Positions 31,270 through 39,140 of a DNA stretch of 64,000 nucleotides are shown one piece after another; positions within the stretch are counted from its first letter, which is position 1; each line of letters opens with the position of its first letter. Made by a program: the position numbers and the translations under genes. Location: NCBI GenBank assembly GCA_965213995.1, contig OZ243929.1, positions 899,324 through 963,323 on the forward strand, written 5' to 3'. The notes under the pieces were generated by a model that was not told the DNA's origin, did not search any database, and worked only from the letters and a program-made list of their open reading frames with translations. The stretch is from Gammaproteobacteria bacterium. GTDB taxonomy: Bacteria > Pseudomonadota > Gammaproteobacteria > Steroidobacterales > Foliamicaceae.

Positions 31270-31947
31270 TTGCGATCGAAAAGAACCGATAAAGAAGCAG
31301 CGCTGGCGGCCAAGCGCAACGCCGCGCGGGCCGCGATCGAGCAGATCCGCCACGGCTGCCGCTTGGGCGTGGGCACGGGCAGCACCGCCAACGAGTTCAT
31401 CGCCTTGCTCCCGGAAGTCCGCGACCGGATCACGGTCGTCGCTTCCAGCTCGCAAGCCACCACCGCCCTGCTCAGCGAGCTGGGCTTCGAGGTGTTGCCG
31501 CTCAGCGAATGCGGAACGCTGGACCTCTACGTGGACGGCGCCGACGAGACCGACGATCACCGCCGCCTCATCAAAGGCGGCGGCGGCGCGCTAACCGGGG
31601 AAAAAATACTCGCGGCCTCCTCGCGGCGGTTCGTCTGCATCGTCGATGAAAACAAGCGGGTGAAGCTGCTCGGCAAATTCCCGCTTCCCGTCGAAGTCAT
31701 TCCTATGGCGCGCTCGTCGGTGGCCCGCAAGCTCGCCGCGATGGGCGGCCAGCCGCAGTACCGCGAGGGCGTGGCCACCGACTACGGCAACGAGATCCTG
31801 GATGTCCGCAATCTCAGGATCCTCGACCCGATGGAGATGGAAACCGAAATCAACCAGATTCCCGGCATCGTGACCGTGGGCCTGTTCGCCCGCCACCGAC
31901 CGGAACTCGTGATCGTGGGCACCGCGCAAGGCGCCTACTCGCTGTAA
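31270..31947 (+). CDS. rpiA: ribose-5-phosphate isomerase A
   Basis: GVGTGSTA, DGADE and KGGGGALTGEK motifs. The start is TTG at 31270 with no nearby ATG, so it is uncertain. Confidence 0.9.
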   Translation: MRSKRTDKEAALAAKRNAARAAIEQIRHGCRLGVGTGSTANEFIALLPEVRDRITVVASSSQATTALLSELGFEVLPLSECGTLDLYVDGADETDDHRRLIKGGGGALTGEKILAASSRRFVCIVDENKRVKLLGKFPLPVEVIPMARSSVARKLAAMGGQPQYREGVATDYGNEILDVRNLRILDPMEMETEINQIPGIVTVGLFARHRPELVIVGTAQGAYSL

Positions 31948-31950
31948 GCG

Positions 31951-32236
31951 CCCGCTAAAGCCCTGCGCCTGCCCGCGCCTCGTGGGAGCGTCTGGGGCAG
32001 GGCGAGCATCGGGCGCTGCGCACGGCGCAGCGAGGCAAAGCATACCTTTGCCAGATGCGAGCGGGCCGACAGGAGGTCGGCCCCGGGCGTTGCTTTTTCG
32101 ATACTGCGCGGCAGGAATGCCAACAGCAACTTATGGGAAACAGGAGGATGGGTTCTTGACCTATGCAGGTCAAGCTTCAAATAGTCATGCGTCTCCCGCG
32201 AGGCGCGGGCAGGAACAGGGCGAGGAATGGCGGGGG
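31951..32236. repeat. long-form (about 270 bp) member of the hairpin repeat family, MITE-like
   Basis: Same termini as the short form: GCTAAAGCCC, arm CCTGCCCGCGCCTCGTGGGAG / CTCCCGCGAGGCGCGGGCAGG, loop ends CGTCTGGGGCAGG...GTCATGCGT. The interior is about 190 nt with at least 4 internal stem-loops. A near-copy lies in inverse orientation at 49970-50262. Confidence 0.85.
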
Positions 32237-32356
32237 ACAGGCAGAATCCTGCGCGGCCTCCGCGCCCCTCGGCGAAATAGGCGGATTAGCCGCCAAGCCG
32301 CTTCCTTCCGAACATGGCACAATGCTCGCCTCACCCACGGCCAAGGAAATGCGCCC

Positions 32357-33808
32357 ATGCCCGCCGACACCGCTCCGTTCGCCCCCATCCATGTCCGCAA
32401 CCCGCGCAGCGGCAAGCGCGACCACATCATCAAGCCCGCAACCCCCGACGAGGTCGCCTCCGCCGCCGACCGCCTGCGCATGAACCAGCCCGCCTGGCTG
32501 GACCTGGGGCTGGAGAAACGCATCGAGGCGATGAACGAGTTCGCCGATGCCGTGCAGGATAACCGCCAAAAGATTTTCGACGCGCTTTGCGCCGATACGG
32601 GCAGGGTGCTGATCACGCATATCGAGATCGACAACCTGCGCCACATGACCGACCGGATGGCCGGTTTCGCCCGGGAGCTGCTGAAGAAGGAAGCGGCGCG
32701 AAACAGCGCGGTGCCCGCCATCATGGCGCGCACGCAACTGGTCCCCTACCCGCTGGTGGGCATTATCTCGCCCTGGAACTTCCCCTTACTGCTGGGCATG
32801 ATCGACTCGGTGCCGGCGCTGATCGCGGGCAGCGCGATCCTCTACAAGCCCAGCGAAATCACGCCCCGGCACGCGGACCCCGTGCGCGAGTGCTTCGCCC
32901 AGGTTCCGATGCTGGCGGATGTGGTCGATTACGCCATGGGCGGCGGCGCCACCGGCGAGGCCGTGATCGACAATGCGGACGCGGTGTGCTTCACCGGCAG
33001 CGTGCGCACCGGCCGGCTGGTGGCCGAGCGCGCGGCCGGCAACTTCATTCCCGCATTTTTGGAAATGGGCGGCAAGGACCCGGCCATCGTGCTGGAATCG
33101 GCGGATTTGGAACGCACCGCCCAAATCCTGCTGCGCGGCTCGGTGGCGGCCACGGGCCAAGCCTGCCAGTCCGTGGAGCGCATCTACGTGGCCCGGCCGC
33201 TGCATGACGCCTTGGTGGCGCGGCTCGCGGAATTGGCCGCCGACGTCACGCTCAACACGGAAGCGCCCGACAAGGGCCATATCGGCCCGCTGATCTTCGA
33301 GAAGCAGCTCGCGACCATACAGTCGCATATCGACGATGCCGTGGAGAAGGGCGCCACCGTGCATTGCGGCGGCCAGCCCGTCGAGGTGGGCGGCACCTGG
33401 TATCCCGCCACCGTGCTGAGCGGCGTCAACCACACGATGCGCGTTATGACCGACGAGACCTTCGGGCCGGTGCTGCCCGTCATGCCCTTCGACAGCATCG
33501 AGGAGGCCGTGGAACTGGCCAACGATTCGCGCTACGGCCTGAGCGCCAACGTCTTCGCCGGCAGCGAGGAGGAAGGCGTGGAAGTGGGCCGCCGCCTGAA
33601 CGGCGGCGTCGTGAGCGTCAACGAAGCATCGCTATCGGGGAGCGTCCACGAATTCGAGCAGGATCCCTTCAACCTCTCAGGCTTGGGCCGTTCCCGCATG
33701 GGCCCCGCCGGCGTGGAACGCTTCTACCGCCACAAGCTCATCCTCTCGGACCTGTCGCCCGAAGCCCGCGGCATCGATGCCTACGCCGAACCCGCCACCA
33801 ACGCCTGA
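32357..33808 (+). CDS. NAD(P)-dependent aldehyde dehydrogenase family protein
   Basis: ORF 31982..33808 trimmed to ATG 32357; the upstream part reads through the repeat element. Motifs FLEMGGKDP, catalytic GQACQSVERIYV, and ETFGPVLPV. Confidence 0.85.
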   Translation: MPADTAPFAPIHVRNPRSGKRDHIIKPATPDEVASAADRLRMNQPAWLDLGLEKRIEAMNEFADAVQDNRQKIFDALCADTGRVLITHIEIDNLRHMTDRMAGFARELLKKEAARNSAVPAIMARTQLVPYPLVGIISPWNFPLLLGMIDSVPALIAGSAILYKPSEITPRHADPVRECFAQVPMLADVVDYAMGGGATGEAVIDNADAVCFTGSVRTGRLVAERAAGNFIPAFLEMGGKDPAIVLESADLERTAQILLRGSVAATGQACQSVERIYVARPLHDALVARLAELAADVTLNTEAPDKGHIGPLIFEKQLATIQSHIDDAVEKGATVHCGGQPVEVGGTWYPATVLSGVNHTMRVMTDETFGPVLPVMPFDSIEEAVELANDSRYGLSANVFAGSEEEGVEVGRRLNGGVVSVNEASLSGSVHEFEQDPFNLSGLGRSRMGPAGVERFYRHKLILSDLSPEARGIDAYAEPATNA

Positions 33809-33888
33809 TGCGAAACACGCATGCCGCGTTCCCGCTGGTCTTTTGCCCGCTGGCGCGCATAGCCTCGCTGCGCTGTATGCACGGCTAT

Positions 33889-34297
33889 GCCTTCGCCTTC
33901 GCTCGCCCTCGCCCTTTGCTTGCCCCTGGCCTCGCGGGAGACGCATGAACCCATCCATGGGGCTTGGCGGCGGCTGTCCTGCCGCCTTCGCTCGCCCTCG
34001 CCCTTTGCTTGCCCCTGCCTCGCGGGAGACGCATGAACCCATCCATGGGGCTTGGCGGCGGCTGTCCTGCCGCCTTCGCTCGCCCTCGCCCTTTGCTTGC
34101 CCCTGCCTCGCGGGAGACGCATGAACCCATCCATGGGGCTTGGCGGCGGCTGTCCTGCCGCCTTCGCTCGCCCTCGCCCTTTGCTTGCCCCTGCCTCGCG
34201 GGAGACGCATGAACCCATCCATGGGGCTTGGCGGCGGCTGTCCTGCCGCCGACACTCCCGCGAGGCAGGGGCAAGCAAAGGGCTTTAGCTGGCGCGG
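33889..34297. repeat. 88-bp tandem array (4 units) of hairpin-repeat left arm plus loop, closed by one right arm
   Basis: Units start at 33895, 33984, 34072 and 34160. Unit sequence: GCCTTCGCTCGCCCTCGCCCTTTGCTTGCCCCTGCCTCGCGGGAGACGCATGAACCCATCCATGGGGCTTGGCGGCGGCTGTCCTGCC. A single closing arm CTCCCGCGAGGCAGGGGCAAGCAAAGGGC lies at 34255-34283, then flank TTTAGCTGGCGCGG. Confidence 0.95.
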
Positions 34298-34298
34298 A

Positions 34299-34319
34299 TT
34301 GGTGCAATATGCGGGCAAG
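34299..34319 (-). repeat. recurring motif, reverse-complement copy (CTTGCCCGCATATTGCACCAA)
   Basis: The plus strand reads TTGGTGCAATATGCGGGCAAG. Lies between the 88-bp array and tRNA-Pro. Confidence 0.75.
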
Positions 34320-34406
34320 GAAACACAGCAAGCACCGCACGGCAAACTTGCCGCCTGAAATCTACCCGCCGGTGTTATCATGCGCTCCGCTGGCTCGGCA
34401 TGGCGG

Positions 34407-34483
34407 CGGGGTATGGCGCAGTCTGGTAGCGCGTCTGCTTTGGGAGCAGAAGGTCAACGGTTCGAATCCGTTTACCCCGACCA
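34407..34483 (+). tRNA. tRNA-Pro (anticodon TGG)
   Basis: Manual cloverleaf: acceptor CGGGGTA/TACCCCG, D arm GCGC..GCGC, anticodon stem TCTGC/GCAGA with loop TTTGGGA, T arm AACGG-TTCGAAT-CCGTT, encoded ACCA. Confidence 0.9.
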
Positions 34484-34525
34484 CTGCTTCATAAAAGCCG
34501 CCGCTTTCCCGCTTAACCAGTCGAT

Positions 34526-34602
34526 GCGCCTGTAGCTCAACGGGATAGAGCATCGGCCTTCTAAGCCGGTGGTTGCAGGTTCGAGTCCTGCCAGGCGCGC
34601 CA
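34526..34602 (+). tRNA. tRNA-Arg (anticodon TCT)
   Basis: Acceptor GCGCCTG/CAGGCGC, D arm GCTC..GAGC, anticodon loop CTTCTAA, T arm GCAGG-TTCGAGT-CCTGC, encoded GCCA. Confidence 0.9.
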
Positions 34603-34654
34603 TCGGCATCGGCGCAGGCGGTCGGCGAGCCGGGCACAGCGCATAACAAACCGT

Positions 34655-34731
34655 GGTGGGCGTAGCTCAGTTGGTAGAGCCCCAGATTGTGGATCTGGTC
34701 GTCGTGGGTTCGAGTCCCATCGTCCACCCCA
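34655..34731 (+). tRNA. tRNA-His (anticodon GTG) with G-1
   Basis: Extra 5' G, acceptor GTGGGCG/CGTCCAC, anticodon loop TTGTGGA, T arm GTGGG-TTCGAGT-CCCAT, encoded CCCA. Confidence 0.9.
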
Positions 34732-34826
34732 CCCTCCCCCGCATCGAAGGCACCCCCTCCTTGCGGCCCAAAGCTATGGCAATATGGCACCCTCACCGGC
34801 GTGGCGCTCAACGCCACGCCCACACC

Positions 34827-34900
34827 GGGCCGTTAGCTCAACTAGGTAGAGCAGTGGACTCTTAATCCATTGGTTGCGGGTTCGATTCCCTCACGGCCCA
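34827..34900 (+). tRNA. tRNA-Lys (anticodon CTT), no encoded CCA, T-stem C:U mismatch
   Basis: Acceptor GGGCCGT/ACGGCCC, anticodon stem GTGGA/TCCAT with loop CTCTTAA. T arm GCGGG-TTCGATT-CCCTC (CCCGC expected). The discriminator A is followed by CTC, not CCA. Confidence 0.8.
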
Positions 34901-35034
34901 CTCACTTTCTGTAGCCCGTGGTCCTGCTGGAAAAACTAACGCCAAGAAGGACAAGTGATCATTAACGTCGCCATGCTGCACACCGCCTATTGACCTGTGG
35001 ACGCAAGTATTCGGTCTGTGGCTGGTTCGCTCCG

Positions 35035-35487
35035 TTATCGGGCATCGCCCAAGAATGCGCCAATAAGCTGCTTTGCGTAATGAGAAGCGGATCGGCGAAT
35101 TAGCCAACGGCTTGCGAATAGGATCAAAAAGTAAATTGCCGTTAAGGCGAGAAAGACCCAACCCATGGTCGTATCGACGTGCCAGATAAGACCAGCAGCG
35201 CATACAACGGCAGCTATGATGCTTCCTCCCGCCAAGTTTCGAAAGAAGCCGTACTCCCAATTTCTCTGCAACAATAGCGGCGATCCTCCGGCTGCCGCCC
35301 GAATGCGAGCCACTATGTCGCGGACTTGACGACGTGCCGCGATCTCGTCCCTTTCGCACAATTCGGGTGATGGCAGCTTCATGTTGAATTCCGTCTTTAC
35401 TTTTTCCGCAATTGCAACTTCGCATAGTTCGATCTGCCTGCTTGCACTCGCCATCATTTCCCAGTAGGGTTTACAGATTATATCCAT
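35035..35487 (-). CDS. small membrane protein with two C-terminal TM helices
   Basis: ORF 35035..35667 trimmed to ATG 35487 (MDIICKPYWEMM...) so that it does not overlap the divergent XRE gene; Met at 35457 is an alternative. TM segments GGSIIAAVVCAAGLIW and GWVFLALTAIYFLILFA. No recognised domain. Confidence 0.5.
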   Translation of the reverse strand: MDIICKPYWEMMASASRQIELCEVAIAEKVKTEFNMKLPSPELCERDEIAARRQVRDIVARIRAAAGGSPLLLQRNWEYGFFRNLAGGSIIAAVVCAAGLIWHVDTTMGWVFLALTAIYFLILFASRWLIRRSASHYAKQLIGAFLGDAR

Positions 35488-35497
35488 ATTGGATATA
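35479..35497. promoter_or_regulatory. perfect palindrome TATATCCA-TAT-TGGATATA in the divergent promoter region (putative XRE operator)
   Basis: 8-bp arms with a 3-nt spacer, read directly. Lies in the 35-bp gap between the 2TM gene and the XRE-ImmA gene. Confidence 0.45.
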
Positions 35498-35522
35498 TGT
35501 GTAAACTTAGGAGGAGCGAAGG

Positions 35523-36593
35523 ATGTTGGCACAACGACTGCACCGGGCACGGCAGGCGAGTGGCTTTTCGCTGCGGGCGCTGGCGGAGAAAGTTGGGGTT
35601 TCGGCAATGATGATTTCGAAGTACGAACGCGCTCAGTCCGTACCGTCCTCGGAGGTTCTGCTCTCATTGGCTAAAGCGCTCGGCGTTCGTACCGAGTACT
35701 TTTTCCGCACGTCTACAGTCAACCTTGAACGCATTGAACACCGTAATCGGAATGTTTGGAAATTGCCGAAAAGCGCGGAGAAAAAGGTACTCGCCGATGT
35801 AAGTGATCAGCTTGAGCGCTGGTTAGTACTCGACGATGTAATTCCTGCACCTTGGTCGACCCCATTCTCGTTGCCCATGGATATTCCTGAATCAGTGGAT
35901 AACTTGAATACGATCGAATCGATAGCTTCGCTAGTGCGAAATCACTGGGATCTCGGCCTGAATCCCATACCAGATCTTATTGATTCGTTGGAATCGCGCG
36001 GACTCAAGGTGTTCACGACAAAATTTGACGATCCACGATTCGAGGGAATGAGTGCGATGGCCGATGAACATTACATCATCGTTGTCAGCGGCCATTGGTC
36101 CGGTGATCGCCAACGATTTACCTTGGCTCATGAACTCGGCCATATCGTTTTAGACGATCGCCTTACGCAGGAAATTGACAAAGAAGACGCTGCAAATCGT
36201 TTTGCGGGCGCCTTCTTGGCGCCGGAAGAAAAGGTTATGGAAACCTTGGGCGCAAAACGTCGGGCTTTGGAATTCGCCGAACTGTATCTGTTGAAACACG
36301 AATTTGGATTGAGTATGGCCGGGTGGAGTTATCGAGCACTCAATCTGAACATCGTCACAAAAGCATCCCACAAGGCGTTTTGGACTGACTTTGCTGCCAA
36401 AGGGTGGAATGTAGAGGAACCTGGTCAACCATATCCTTCAGAATCGCCTCGATTGTTTCAGCAAACTGTCTATCGCGCACTCAGCGAGGAATTGATTGGT
36501 GAATCCAAGGCTGCGGAACTGCTATCCATAACTGCAAATGAACTCGCCGCTCGACGGCGGATGGAGATCGTTAATGGCGATTCTGGTCGGTGA
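35523..36593 (+). CDS. XRE-family HTH fused to ImmA/IrrE zinc metallopeptidase
   Basis: AGGAGG RBS, ATG start. N-terminal HTH (FSLRALAEKVGVSAMMISKYERAQSVPS) and HEXXH motif in FTLAHELGHIVL (COG2856-type). Confidence 0.85.
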   Translation: MLAQRLHRARQASGFSLRALAEKVGVSAMMISKYERAQSVPSSEVLLSLAKALGVRTEYFFRTSTVNLERIEHRNRNVWKLPKSAEKKVLADVSDQLERWLVLDDVIPAPWSTPFSLPMDIPESVDNLNTIESIASLVRNHWDLGLNPIPDLIDSLESRGLKVFTTKFDDPRFEGMSAMADEHYIIVVSGHWSGDRQRFTLAHELGHIVLDDRLTQEIDKEDAANRFAGAFLAPEEKVMETLGAKRRALEFAELYLLKHEFGLSMAGWSYRALNLNIVTKASHKAFWTDFAAKGWNVEEPGQPYPSESPRLFQQTVYRALSEELIGESKAAELLSITANELAARRRMEIVNGDSGR

Positions 36594-36741
36594 TGCAAAT
36601 ATCTTTATTGACGTCACTGTTTCAAATCTCTCTGAGGCAATGTTCCGTCTTGAAGACACCATCGCCACACCGGATGTTTTGTATCAAGATGAGCTTCTGC
36701 AACACCACCCGGAATTACCAGGCTTAGGGTTGCAAATTAAT
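36574..36741 (+). pseudogene. PIN-like nuclease gene truncated by an IS end
   Basis: MAILVGDANIFIDVTVSNLSEAMFRLEDTIATPDVLYQDEL resembles the N-terminal strand-Asp-helix of PIN-like (DUF3368/DUF4411-type) partners of XRE-ImmA genes. The reading frame runs into the IS inverted repeat at 36742. Confidence 0.5.
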
Positions 36742-37080
36742 TGTGCGGGTTCAGGACATGTGGGACTGGCGGGGTTCAGTTGTCCTTTGCTTGCGAAAGT
36801 ATTCCATCGGGGTCATCAAGTCCAGCGCGCAGTGGGACCGGACATGGTTGTGGAAGCGCTGGTATTCGGCCAATGCGGGCGCGGCGTACTTGGCGGTCTT
36901 TCTCCTCGGCAGAGGTTCCAGAACTCGGTTGTGGAGCTGTCGCTGGCGCGCTCGACGATGCCATTGATCTCGGGGCATTTGGGCGGCAGGACGGCCAGCG
37001 GGAGGCCGAGCGCCTGGCAGGCGCACTTTCGTCCAGTATCTAGAAGCCGTAATCCCCTACTACTGCGACAGAGTAGGCCA
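36742..37080 (-). mobile_element. IS remnant: right inverted repeat plus frameshifted 3' third of a DDE (rve) transposase
   Basis: IR TGTGCGGGTTCAGGACATGTGGGACTGGCGGGGTTCAG at 36742-36779. Minus-strand fragments read LLDTGRKCACQALGLPLAVLPPKCPEINGIVER... and, after a frameshift, YQRFHNHVRSHCALDLMTPMEYFRKQ. These correspond to the DNG..F, P.TNGKVER and YN..RPH.AL...TP motifs of IS3/IS481-type integrase cores. Confidence 0.65.
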
Positions 37081-37296
37081 GCAACTGCGGCGCTAGACCT
37101 CACCTGCTCCCCTAAAGAAAGAACGAAACGAGGGCCTAGCTGAGAGTGCAAATTAGAAAATCCAGTCAAAGACTGCGCCAAGTTTCATCTCGGATCGGAT
37201 AAAACAACCCTCACGCCCGCGTAAGTTTCGCTTTGTTCCCTGTTATGGTTGCGCGGCGGTTAGCGACATCCCGAGGCAAGCGACCACTCACGGACA

Positions 37297-38313
37297 ATGA
37301 GCGAAACAATAGCAGTGCGCGTCGAACCGGGAGAAACGCTCTCGGAGATTGCCATCCGGCACAGCGTCACCGTCGAGCAATTGCAGGAATGGAATCGGAT
37401 CGAAGAAGCGGACTATGTGCAGGCGGGCCAGAGAATCGTCGTCCATAAGGCGGCGGTTGCTCCAGGCTGGAACGAAGCGGCCGCCCCTTGGGATGCATTG
37501 CTGGGAGGAGCGCTCGTTGTAGCGGCACTGTTATTCCTGTTCCGCCGCAAACGCCAAACTCCGACTTCGTCGCCTGATACCGGAGTCCGCCCACCGAAAA
37601 AAGCACCACATCGGCCCGAACCGAAATCCGCTGCGGCATTGCGGAAACCCGCGCCGCCAGCAAACGCCGGCGAGCAACGGGTCCGATCAGTGTTGGCGAG
37701 GCGTTATCGGGACTGGCCGCTGCTTAATGACGTGCTGCTTCCGTCCGGGGGAGGGACGGCACAGATCGATCACATCCTCATCTCGCCCGCCGGCGTGTTC
37801 GTAATCGAGACCAAGGACATGGGCGGTTGGATATTCGCAAGTCCCGGGCAGCAACGGTGGACGCAAACATTGCCGGCGGGCCGTTGGTCCCGCATGATGG
37901 GCATCAAGTCGAGGCGGTTCCCTTTCTACAATCCGCTGCGGCAGAATGAAGGGCACGCGAAGGCCTTGGTCAAACTCGGCATCGTTAATCCTAGGGAGAT
38001 TCGGCCTGTCGCCGTATTCGTGGGCGAGGCCGAGATGAAAACGGAGGAGAAGTTCGCAGGATTCGAGGAGCATGAAGAGAAGGCAAAGCGGTTCCGTAGC
38101 TGGCGAATGCGAGGCGTTGTCTGCATGAGCCTGCGGGAGTTGCGGCGCTACATCGCCTTCTCCGTTCGTGCGCCATCAGGACCAAGCCTGACGCGCGAGA
38201 GGATGGAAGCGATCCGGTCAAAGATAGCAAAAGCTGCCCTGCCCTTGACGGCGGAAACTCACGCCAGACATGTCGAGTTCGCCCGGTCTGCTGAACGAGC
38301 ATCGTGGCAATGA
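37297..38313 (+). CDS. LysM - transmembrane - NERD domain fusion protein
   Basis: LysM: VRVEPGETLSEIAIRHSVTVEQLQEWNRIEEADYVQAGQRIVV. TM: ALLGGALVVAALLFLF followed by RRKRQ. NERD: GEQRVRSVLARRYRDWPLLNDVLLP..TAQIDHILISPAGVFVIETKDMGGWIF. Confidence 0.75.
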   Translation: MSETIAVRVEPGETLSEIAIRHSVTVEQLQEWNRIEEADYVQAGQRIVVHKAAVAPGWNEAAAPWDALLGGALVVAALLFLFRRKRQTPTSSPDTGVRPPKKAPHRPEPKSAAALRKPAPPANAGEQRVRSVLARRYRDWPLLNDVLLPSGGGTAQIDHILISPAGVFVIETKDMGGWIFASPGQQRWTQTLPAGRWSRMMGIKSRRFPFYNPLRQNEGHAKALVKLGIVNPREIRPVAVFVGEAEMKTEEKFAGFEEHEEKAKRFRSWRMRGVVCMSLRELRRYIAFSVRAPSGPSLTRERMEAIRSKIAKAALPLTAETHARHVEFARSAERASWQ

Positions 38314-38495
38314 ACCGCAATATCGCATGTTTGGGCTGGGGGCCTCTCATCTGGGATCCCCCGAGATCACGCACAAGTCAGCCGAAATCGGTCCCGTCAA
38401 GAATGCTCTTTAGGTGGTCGCGCCACGCGGCTTTGCCGTCTTCATCGGAAACTTCCTGCCACAGATGGTTCAGTATCCCTCTGGCGCGCTCCCGG

Positions 38496-39125
38496 TCAGG
38501 CGAAGCCATTGCTGCCGGAAGCCGGATCGAAATTCATCCACAATGATTCCCGCCTGATGCTCTTGGAGGAGTTGCAGATTTTCTCCGGCGCATCCACTCG
38601 GCGCCAATCGCCGAACAGCTCGTCGTAAAGATCGCATCGGTATCCTGAAAGCACCGCCCGACCCTTCACGCTTTGCAGCGCAGCAGCCATGTCGCGGTGG
38701 TCCTGGTCGGTCATTTCATGCCCGTAAGCACTCGAATCCCCTCGGCTGTTATGAACATAAGGAGGATCCAAGTAGAAAAGCGTTTTCGGCGTGTCGTAGC
38801 GTTGGACAACTTCCAAGGCGGGAGCGTTCTCGATCTGCACTCGCTGCAATCTTTGCGCGATTTCCGGCAGCCCTTCAACCGCTCCTAGCCAACGGGAAAC
38901 AGCGCCAGCCATGCCGGCTCTGGAAGTCAGGACGCAGTGAGCCCAACGCCCTTCGCTGCTCGTTTGCGCGAGCCCCGTGCGGGTTTGCCGCGCCCGAACG
39001 TAGAACCGGCGGGCACGCTCAAGAGATGACAGGTTCTCCGATGAGCCGCACGCTTTGACGAGTTCCGCTCTTGAGAACGGCGTCAGCCCGATGCCACGAA
39101 TAAGATCGTCGGGCTGGTCGCGCAA
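38496..39125 (-). pseudogene. D12-class (Dam-like) N6-adenine DNA methyltransferase lacking its N-terminal SAM-binding region
   Basis: Catalytic FYLDPPY motif and a Dam-like C-terminal half. The ORF opens right after an in-frame stop (39135-39137) and begins at a TTG. The usual N-terminal 60-90 residues (KWAGGK...FxGxG) are missing. It abuts the Fic gene stop. Confidence 0.65.
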
Positions 39126-39140
39126 AACGGCAATTCAGGA

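Noticed and set aside
31982-32356. N-terminal extension of the aldehyde dehydrogenase ORF, and the many ORFs inside repeat clusters (for example 3589..3933, 33677..34381, 33964..34212, 25485..26108, 50033..50500)
   Set aside because: They are translations of the hairpin repeat elements. The same peptides recur wherever the repeat occurs and in both orientations. They lack RBSs and carry no domain-like sequence.
33895-34283. Regularly spaced 88-bp repeats that could look like a CRISPR array
   Set aside because: The units are contiguous and essentially identical over their whole length. There are no unique spacers and no cas genes nearby. It is a tandem repeat of a hairpin-element half.
38383-38511. 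Small 43-codon minus-strand ORF (MASPDRERARGILNHLWQEVSDEDGKAAWRDHLKSILDGTDFG) overlapping the end of the truncated Dam gene
   Set aside because: It is below any reasonable length threshold, has no RBS and no recognisable motif. It may be a fragment of a lost gene but cannot be supported.
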